This document shows positions 25,362 through 31,440 of a stretch of DNA of 32,000 nt, one piece after another. The first letter of the stretch is position 1. Each line of letters begins with the position of its first letter. The position numbers were made by a program, and so were the translations under genes. The notes beneath the pieces were generated by a model, which saw nothing but the letters and a program-made list of their open reading frames with translations, was not told where the DNA came from and did not search any database. Source of the DNA: Candidatus Saccharimonadota bacterium (lineage in GTDB: Archaea > Nanobdellota > Nanobdellia > Pacearchaeales > GW2011-AR1); assembly GCA_041659445.1 (NCBI GenBank), contig JBAZYG010000001.1, positions 450,001-482,000 of the forward strand, in the 5' to 3' direction.

Positions 25362-25646
25362 ATGACATATAGAGAATATATCTTAGGTTCAAAAGAGAAA
25401 AATTTAGAAGAAACTTATGAAGAATTTTATGATACTTACTGGAAGAATAGGCATGCACATTATCATCTTTATAACGATGCTTTATTAGAAGTTTATGATA
25501 TAAAAGATGTTTCAGTATTAGTGAATCAAGGTGTAAATACCTTGAATTTGGTAAATCTTAAGATGATTGGATTAGAAAATCTAATTGACGAAGTTGAAAA
25601 AGATATAATCAAAAATAAATTTAAATTAAAAAGAGTAACTAAATAA
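25362..25646 (+). CDS. Paralog 3 (94 aa, most divergent) of the unrecognised small-protein family, upstream of rrp42
   Basis: Shares YEEFYDTY, GVNTLNL and a C-terminal amphipathic helix (IDEVEKDIIKNKFKL) with paralog 2. TAA-A-ATG junctions on both sides. Confidence 0.65.
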   Translation: MTYREYILGSKEKNLEETYEEFYDTYWKNRHAHYHLYNDALLEVYDIKDVSVLVNQGVNTLNLVNLKMIGLENLIDEVEKDIIKNKFKLKRVTK

Positions 25647-25647
25647 A

Positions 25648-26457
25648 ATGACAAACGGAAGCACAACACCATCAACAAATAGAGAAAGAATAAATGAATA
25701 CTTAAAAAATGGAAAAAGATTTGACGAGAGAAAACCAGAAGAGTTTAGAGAAATAATTATTGAAAAAAATGTTTCAAAAAAAGCAGAAGGTTCTGTTAAA
25801 GTAAAAATGGGAAACACTGAAGTTTTAGTTGGAATCAAAATGGGAGTTTCAGAACCATATCCTGATTCTTTGGATGAAGGTGTTTTAATGACAACTGCAG
25901 AATTATTGCCTTTAAGTTCTGAGAGATTTGAAAACGGACCTCCAAAATTTCCAGCAATAGAATTAGGAAGAGTTATTGACAGAATTTTAAGAGAAAGTAA
26001 ATTTATTGATTTAAAAAAATTATGCATTGAAAAAGGTAAGAAGGTTTGGACTGTTTTTGTAGACATATATTCTTTAAATGACGACGGAAATTTACTAGAT
26101 GCTGCTGGAATCGGAGCTGTTGTTGCATTAAGAAATGCGGTACTTCCAAAATATGATGAAAAAGAAGGTAAAATTAATTATGATGAACCTTCAAAAACAA
26201 AATTACCTTTAAGTAAAAGCACACCAATCTCAATAACAATTCATAAAATTGGAAATTCTTTGCTTACAGATCCAACAAGAGAAGAAGAAGACATTAGTGA
26301 AACAAGAGTAACTATTGGAATGATGGATAATTCAATTTCATCAATGCAAAAAGGAGAATCACAAATTCTAACAATTGATGAAACTAAAAAAATAATTGAC
26401 ATGGCTGAAAAAGTTCATGAAAAGGTTTTAAAAAGTATAAACAAATATTTAGATTAA
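25648..26457 (+). CDS. rrp42: Exosome RNase PH-ring subunit Rrp42
   Basis: NGKRFDERKPEEFREIIIEKNVSKKAEGSVKVKMGNTEVLVGIK, in a 269-aa RNase PH-like protein at the canonical position after rrp41. Confidence 0.9.
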   Translation: MTNGSTTPSTNRERINEYLKNGKRFDERKPEEFREIIIEKNVSKKAEGSVKVKMGNTEVLVGIKMGVSEPYPDSLDEGVLMTTAELLPLSSERFENGPPKFPAIELGRVIDRILRESKFIDLKKLCIEKGKKVWTVFVDIYSLNDDGNLLDAAGIGAVVALRNAVLPKYDEKEGKINYDEPSKTKLPLSKSTPISITIHKIGNSLLTDPTREEEDISETRVTIGMMDNSISSMQKGESQILTIDETKKIIDMAEKVHEKVLKSINKYLD

Positions 26458-26458
26458 A

Positions 26459-26839
26459 ATGCAAGCAGAAAAATTTACAAAATACGAAAAAGCAAGAATT
26501 CTTGGGGCAAGGGCTTTACAAATTGCAATGAATGCTCCTTTATTAATTAAAATCAGCAATGAAGATTTGGAAAAAATAAAATTTGATGCGTTGAAAATTG
26601 CAGAAATTGAATTAAGTTCTGATGTTTTACCAATTTCAATTAAAAAACCATTTCCACAGAAAAAAGAAGAACAACTAAAGAGACCTAAACCTGTAATAAT
26701 TACTGAAGAAAAGAAAGAAGAAACTGAATCTGAAGAAGAAAAAGAAATAATCGAAGAAGGCGAAATCATGGAATTAGCAGAACCTGAAGAAGAAAAAGAA
26801 GATTTTGCCGAAGATGATTCTAGTGGTGGGGAAGAATAA
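26459..26839 (+). CDS. rpoK: RNA polymerase subunit K (Rpo6/Rpb6 homolog) with a ~60-aa acidic C-terminal extension
   Basis: The core FTKYEKARILGARALQIAMNAPLLI ... LPISIKKP matches RpoK. Residues from about 65 to 126 are an E/K/D-rich tail ending in DDSSGGEE. Confidence 0.85.
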   Translation: MQAEKFTKYEKARILGARALQIAMNAPLLIKISNEDLEKIKFDALKIAEIELSSDVLPISIKKPFPQKKEEQLKRPKPVIITEEKKEETESEEEKEIIEEGEIMELAEPEEEKEDFAEDDSSGGEE

Positions 26840-26842
26840 AAC

Positions 26843-26849
26843 TTTTTTT
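26843..26849 (+). terminator. Oligo-T tract (T7), candidate terminator of the superoperon
   Basis: TTTTTTT begins 4 nt after the rpoK TAA and is followed by a 180-bp gap, the largest gap on this strand. Confidence 0.4.
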
Positions 26850-26991
26850 AAATTAAATGTATTTGCCCATTTTGTTTTTATTTATTTTAAACCTCCAATC
26901 TTGAGATAAATTAATTATTTTTGATTTTTCAGGATGAAGCTCTAATTTTAATTTACTTTCAAAGAAGTAACAAAATACCTTAAACAAAAAC

Positions 26992-26999
26992 TTATAAAT
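26992..26999 (+). promoter_or_regulatory. TATA-like box (TTATAAAT, preceded by an A-rich BRE-like run) for eno
   Basis: Begins 28 nt upstream of ATG 27020. No SD-like element. Confidence 0.4.
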
Positions 27000-27019
27000 T
27001 TAGGATTTCTTTTTATTTC

Positions 27020-28186
27020 ATGATAATAAAAGAAGTGAGTGCCAAATCTATTTTGGATTCACGAAAAGACAAAACAATTCTTGTTAAAATTAAAACAAAC
27101 GTTGGTGATTTTTCAAGTTCCGCGCCAAACGGAAAATCCAAGGGAAAGCACGAAGCAAAACCATATAAAAAATCTCTTGAAAAAGACATTGAAACTTTGA
27201 AAAAATTTAAAGATTATTTTTCAAAAGAACATCTTGACAAATTTGATGATTTGCGAAGGATTGAAGATATTATAAAAAATGAAATTGGAGCAAACACTCT
27301 TTTTGCTTTGGAGTCTGCTTCATTAAAAGCAATTGCAAAAGAACAAAAAAAAGAAATCTGGCAAATAATTAATGAAAACGCAAAAAAAATACCCAGATTT
27401 CTTGGAAATTGTATAGGTGGTGGAATGCATAGTAATGAAAAATCTAGTTTAGATAAAAAACCAGATTTCCAAGAATTTTTATTAATTCCAAATGAAAATT
27501 CTGCAATTGAAAATTTCAAAAAATTGAAATCTGGAAAAGAAGATTCAGAAATCTTCTTGAAAAAATTAGATTCAAATTTCAAATCCAGAAAAAATGATGA
27601 AGATGCATGGAATACTTCGTTAGATGACAAAAGAGTTTTAGAAATTTTAGTAAAATTAAATATTTCTTTGGGTTTAGATGTTGCTTCTTCAAGCTTTTGT
27701 AAAAGAAAAAAATATCGATATGAAAATCCAAAATTAGATAGAACTTCAGAAGAGCAAATGGGTTATTTATCAAATTTAATAAAAAATTTTAACATTTTTT
27801 ATGTAGAAGATCCATTTAATGAAGAAGATTTTGAAAGTTTTTCAAAGCTTTTACAAAAGTTTCCAAAGACTTTAATTGCCGGAGATGATTTAACAGTAAC
27901 AAATCTTAAAAGATTGAAAAAAGCAATTGATGAAAAAAGCATAAATGCATTAATTGTAAAACCAAACCAAAATGGCTCGCTTTTTGAAGTCAAGGAAATA
28001 TGCGAAATTGCAAAGAAAAATAACATTAAAATTATTTTTTCACATAGAAGCGGAGAAACAGAAGAAAAAATTCTTTCAGATTTGGCTTTTGGGTTTGAAG
28101 CAGATTTTTTAAAATGCGGAATTACAGGAAAAGAAAGAGAAGTCAAAATAAAAAGATTAATTGAAATTGAAAAAAGTTTGAAATGA
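27020..28186 (+). CDS. eno: Enolase (divergent, 388 aa)
   Basis: Conserved motifs SHRSGETE, VKPNQNGS, GDDLTVTN, VEDPF, QEF and LDVASS. The N-terminal loop is APNGKSKGKHEA rather than the usual PSGASTG..EA, and NDEDAWN replaces GDEGGFAP. Confidence 0.8.
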   Translation: MIIKEVSAKSILDSRKDKTILVKIKTNVGDFSSSAPNGKSKGKHEAKPYKKSLEKDIETLKKFKDYFSKEHLDKFDDLRRIEDIIKNEIGANTLFALESASLKAIAKEQKKEIWQIINENAKKIPRFLGNCIGGGMHSNEKSSLDKKPDFQEFLLIPNENSAIENFKKLKSGKEDSEIFLKKLDSNFKSRKNDEDAWNTSLDDKRVLEILVKLNISLGLDVASSSFCKRKKYRYENPKLDRTSEEQMGYLSNLIKNFNIFYVEDPFNEEDFESFSKLLQKFPKTLIAGDDLTVTNLKRLKKAIDEKSINALIVKPNQNGSLFEVKEICEIAKKNNIKIIFSHRSGETEEKILSDLAFGFEADFLKCGITGKEREVKIKRLIEIEKSLK

Positions 28187-28872
28187 AAATAAAAGAAATT
28201 CTCAAAAGATTACCTGTTCTTCCTGTAACAGCATTAGTATTTTATTCAATCATTCTTTTACTATGGAACATTGATTTAATTCCATCTCCAACAATAATCG
28301 TCAAATTTTTAGAAAATCTTTATGATAAATATGGACTTTTTGGTTTATTTCTTTCTTCTTTTTTAGAAGGTATTGTTTATTTGGGATTATATTTTCCTGG
28401 CTCTTTTATTATTGCATTGGCTGTTTTTCTTTCTAATGGAAGTTTTATTTCTTTACTTTTAATAAGCATTTATGTTGCAACAGCCTTAACAATAACCTCT
28501 TTTATAAATTATTTTTTAGGCAGACTTATTTCTTCGCATAAATACAAAGGAAATAAATATCCCAAGAAAGTTGGCAAGGCATTATTTTTATCTATGATTC
28601 ATCCAAACATTCTTGCTTTTTATTTTTTCAATCAAGGAATTGAGAGAAAAAAATTATGGAAAATAATTTTTGTTCCAATTATAATGATTCCTTATGGATT
28701 CATTGTTGCAGAAATTTTATATTTAATATCTAGTTTTGCTAAACAAAAAATTGAAAACCCCTTATTTATATTTCTTTTAATTCTTCTTTGGTTAATGATT
28801 GCAATTATATTAAATTATGATAAAAAAATAAAAAATACTTCTGAAAATTTAAAAAAAGAATTTAAAGTTTAA
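28183..28872 (+). CDS. Polytopic membrane protein, DedA/VTT-like
   Basis: 229 aa with multiple TM helices. FLEGIVYLGLYFPGSF resembles the DedA E-x8-(F/L)PG motif. ATGA overlap with the eno stop. Confidence 0.5.
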   Translation: MKIKEILKRLPVLPVTALVFYSIILLLWNIDLIPSPTIIVKFLENLYDKYGLFGLFLSSFLEGIVYLGLYFPGSFIIALAVFLSNGSFISLLLISIYVATALTITSFINYFLGRLISSHKYKGNKYPKKVGKALFLSMIHPNILAFYFFNQGIERKKLWKIIFVPIIMIPYGFIVAEILYLISSFAKQKIENPLFIFLLILLWLMIAIILNYDKKIKNTSENLKKEFKV

Positions 28873-28917
28873 CTTCAACATATAAATCTTTAAAAATAAT
28901 GGGTTAATTATTAGGAT

Positions 28918-29136
28918 ATGGTAAAACTTGAAATAAAAATATCTGAAAAAAGTTTCGGAGAAAGAATGAAATCCTATTTAAATAATAAATCAATATGTGA
29001 TAAAAAAGGACATATCCCAAAAAAAGAAATAACTGCTCATAATAGTGTTGGAAGAACAACAGAATATTTTACTTGTGAAAGGTGTGGGATTCCTTATCAT
29101 TTTGATAAAAGCCCATATGGCTTAAATAAACATTAA
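28918..29136 (+). CDS. Small CHCC zinc-motif protein (72 aa), paralog of the next gene
   Basis: ICDKKGH-x20-CERCGIPY shares the pattern C-x4-H ... CERC-x-x-PY with the ORF at 29188. Confidence 0.55.
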   Translation: MVKLEIKISEKSFGERMKSYLNNKSICDKKGHIPKKEITAHNSVGRTTEYFTCERCGIPYHFDKSPYGLNKH

Positions 29137-29158
29137 TTTGATTTTTTGAATATAAATT

Positions 29159-29166
29159 TTTATAAA
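29159..29166 (+). promoter_or_regulatory. TATA-like box (TTTATAAA) for the 29188 gene
   Basis: Begins 29 nt upstream of ATG 29188. Confidence 0.4.
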
Positions 29167-29187
29167 TAGAGTTTTATTTAATTTTTT

Positions 29188-29595
29188 ATGAACAAATTAG
29201 AAACAAGATTAAAAAGAGAAATAAATCATTTAAGAGTAGAATTAAAAAAAACAAATAATTCTAAAGAAATATTTCTAAATGAAAAGCAAAAAAAAGAATA
29301 TGAAGAATGGAATTCTTCAGAAAATGTTAAAAAAGAAAATATTTCTGCTTACAAAGATGAAAAAGATTATTTAATTAGAGAATTAAAATATGAAATAAAT
29401 TCTACGAAACAGAAAATATTTAATTTAATTTGTGAAGAAAAAGGACATGCATATAATATAAAAAATGAATGGTTTAATGATGGTAAAATAATATCTGGAA
29501 TTTGTGAAAGATGTAAATCACCTTATGATAGATATTTAACACAAGAAGAAATAGAAAACTGGAACAATGAATTAAAAGGACATTTTATAATTTAA
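29188..29595 (+). CDS. CHCC zinc-motif protein with an N-terminal coiled-coil extension (135 aa)
   Basis: ICEEKGH-x18-CERCKSPY in the C-terminal half. The N-terminal ~85 aa are K/E-rich and helical. Confidence 0.55.
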   Translation: MNKLETRLKREINHLRVELKKTNNSKEIFLNEKQKKEYEEWNSSENVKKENISAYKDEKDYLIRELKYEINSTKQKIFNLICEEKGHAYNIKNEWFNDGKIISGICERCKSPYDRYLTQEEIENWNNELKGHFII

Positions 29596-29631
29596 AATCA
29601 CTAATTAACTCCTTAAATTCAATTGAAAACC

Positions 29632-29639
29632 TTTTTAAA
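29632..29639 (+). promoter_or_regulatory. TATA-like box (TTTTTAAA) for rps2
   Basis: Begins 29 nt upstream of ATG 29661. Confidence 0.35.
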
Positions 29640-29660
29640 CTAATTTTTCTCTAATTCATC

Positions 29661-30488
29661 ATGGTAGTAAAAAAAACAGAAGTTCAAGATAAAGATTCAA
29701 GCAAAAAACAAAAAATAAAAACAACACCTGAAGAAGAAATTAAAGGCAAGGCTTTAATGAGAGTTGCAGAGGAAGAATCTTTGGAAACAGAAAACTTTGA
29801 AAAAAAGAAAAAAGAATTATTAGAAAAAGCAAAAAAGCTTAAAGAAAAAATTGATGTTGCAAGCACTGAATCTTTAAAAGAAGAAATAAAAGCTTCTAAG
29901 AAAAAAGATATGCTCGTGCCTTTAGAAGATTATGTCAAAACAGGAATTTATCTTGGAACAAAAGTTGTTACACCTGATATGAAACCATTTGTTTATAGAA
30001 GAAGAGCTGATGGATTGGCAATTTTCAATACTGATTTAATTGATGAAAAAATAAAAGAAGCAATTGAATTTCTTTCAAAGTTTAATCCAGAAGAAACAGT
30101 TTTAGTTTGTAAAAGAGAAGCTGGATGGAAAGCTGCAAAAAAATTCAGTGAATTGACTGGAATAAGAGTTTTCACAAAAAAATATCCTGCTGGAATTTTA
30201 ACAAATATTAGATTAGAAGATTTTTTTGAAAATGAATTAACAATTGTAACAGATTCGTGGCTTGATAAAAATGCATTAAAAGATACTTTGGACGTCAAGA
30301 AAAAAGTTTTAATGATATGCGGAACAAATAATTTTTCAAAAGGTGCAAGTCAAATTATAATTGGAAACAACAAAAGCGGAAAAAGCTTGGGAATAATTTT
30401 TTATCTTTTAGCAAGAGGCTATTGTAAAGCAAAAGGAATCAAAGCAAATATTCCAGAATTAGATTGGTGGATTGAAGGCAGTGATTAA
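29661..30488 (+). CDS. rps2: Ribosomal protein uS2 with an ~83-aa K/E-rich N-terminal extension (alternative start ATG 29910)
   Basis: The core LVPLEDYVKTGIYLGTKVVTPDMKPFVYRRRADGLAIFNTDL matches archaeal S2 from residue ~85 onward. The upstream 83 codons are in frame and low-complexity. Confidence 0.85.
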   Translation: MVVKKTEVQDKDSSKKQKIKTTPEEEIKGKALMRVAEEESLETENFEKKKKELLEKAKKLKEKIDVASTESLKEEIKASKKKDMLVPLEDYVKTGIYLGTKVVTPDMKPFVYRRRADGLAIFNTDLIDEKIKEAIEFLSKFNPEETVLVCKREAGWKAAKKFSELTGIRVFTKKYPAGILTNIRLEDFFENELTIVTDSWLDKNALKDTLDVKKKVLMICGTNNFSKGASQIIIGNNKSGKSLGIIFYLLARGYCKAKGIKANIPELDWWIEGSD

Positions 30489-30508
30489 ATATTTCTGACT
30501 ATAATAAT

Positions 30509-30516
30509 ATTTAAAA
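30509..30516 (+). promoter_or_regulatory. TATA-like box (ATTTAAAA) for the 30540 gene
   Basis: Begins 31 nt upstream of ATG 30540. Confidence 0.3.
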
Positions 30517-30539
30517 AGGAATAATACAATTGAAAAAAC

Positions 30540-31007
30540 ATGACAAATAAAACAGAACTCAAAAGTTTTGAAATGAGTGAAGAAGATTTTTTAGGTTTAC
30601 ATAAAAAGTTTCCGAATTTAAGTGCAATTTATAATAAAGAATATTTCATAGCTTATTCTTTAAATAACCACCTGATAATATGGGACGATGGAAGAGTATA
30701 TACATATTCTAATGAAATATTAGAAGCATTTAAAGAATTAAATCCAAAAACTTATTCAGAAAGGTTACTTGAAAAATATAAAATTGAAGAACAAAAAGAA
30801 TATCAAAAAACAATTTCTGAAACAGACAAAGAAGGAATAAACAATGCATTAAGTCCAATAAAAAATTATTTTGCAATGCTAAAAAGATATAATGAATGTT
30901 CTAAAGATGATGCAAAATTAGAAAAAATTAAAAAACATTTAGATAATAGCGTGGAAATAGCTATTTCTTCTTTAAATAGAATTGAAAAAATTTTAAGAAA
31001 TAAATAA
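30540..31007 (+). CDS. Hypothetical protein (155 aa)
   Basis: ATG ORF (MTNK...) joined to the next gene by TAA-A-ATG. The C-terminal half is predicted helical. No family recognised. Confidence 0.55.
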   Translation: MTNKTELKSFEMSEEDFLGLHKKFPNLSAIYNKEYFIAYSLNNHLIIWDDGRVYTYSNEILEAFKELNPKTYSERLLEKYKIEEQKEYQKTISETDKEGINNALSPIKNYFAMLKRYNECSKDDAKLEKIKKHLDNSVEIAISSLNRIEKILRNK

Positions 31008-31008
31008 A

Positions 31009-31440
31009 ATGGGATTTATAAATGCAAAAGTTTATCCAGAATTGAAAGGAAAAGTTTATCTTCATAGTTCTGGAAAAGAAAATTATCCAACTGAAAATGA
31101 TTCTCTTCATTATTTGATGAATTGTATTGCGAATAATCGAAAAGAAGTTGAAAAAGGAGATTATTTTATATCAATACTTTGGAGTAATTCAAAAAAAGAA
31201 AAACTTATGGATTTTTTTAGATATTCTGGAGTTAAAGAAAATTGGGAAAGCAATCCAGATATTTCTCCGTGGGTTGTAAATAATGGAATTTGGAGAAAAA
31301 ATCAGAGTATAACTTGTGGAGATGGAATAATTTTGTTAGGAAGAGAAGAAGAATATCGAAGATGCACAAAAAACCTTAATGAATATTTATCTCAAATAAT
31401 TAGTTTGGAAAATCTTAAAGATTTAACTGAATTTATTTAA
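31009..31440 (+). CDS. Hypothetical protein (143 aa)
   Basis: ATG ORF coupled to the previous gene. No family recognised. Confidence 0.55.
   Translation: MGFINAKVYPELKGKVYLHSSGKENYPTENDSLHYLMNCIANNRKEVEKGDYFISILWSNSKKEKLMDFFRYSGVKENWESNPDISPWVVNNGIWRKNQSITCGDGIILLGREEEYRRCTKNLNEYLSQIISLENLKDLTEFI

Noticed and set aside
22712-25646. The idea that the three ~90-aa paralogs are Pcc1 (KEOPS) or another small protein known to ride in archaeal ribosomal or exosome superoperons.
   Set aside because: Only a generic strand-then-amphipathic-helix pattern is shared, and I could not align any specific Pcc1 motif by eye. It remains a hypothesis to test by profile search, not a call.
26840-27019. The 180-bp gap between rpoK and eno as a possible ncRNA or small-ORF locus.
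   Set aside because: Only trivial ORFs are present (15 codons or fewer), and there is no GC-rich stem or conserved box. The gap is adequately explained by a T7 terminator-like tract plus a TATA-like box for eno.
638-30298. About 25 tracked ORFs lie antisense to, or out of frame within, well-supported genes. They are: 638-841, 2817-3044, 7826-8221, 8300-8608, 8508-8693, 8856-9071, 9093-9335, 9426-9608, 11339-11536, 12772-12954, 14541-14771, 16433-16636, 18883-19110, 19823-20074, 20525-20746, 21811-22041, 22958-23164, 23942-24370, 25626-26066, 26449-26769, 27214-27630, 27579-27773, 27799-28146, 29684-29866 and 29993-30298.
   Set aside because: Each lies wholly or largely inside a gene with clear homology on the other strand or frame. 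Their translations are low-complexity (L/F/S/I/K-rich), as expected for shadow frames in AT-rich coding DNA, and none has promoter or junction features.
30825-31004. A HisKA-like dimerisation/phosphoacceptor helix in the 155-aa ORF (INNALSPIKNYFAMLKRY ... resembling H-E-L-R-T-P-L...).
   Set aside because: The phosphoacceptor His position is Asn. There is no ATPase domain or response regulator nearby. The resemblance is a generic amphipathic helix pattern and is too weak to call.
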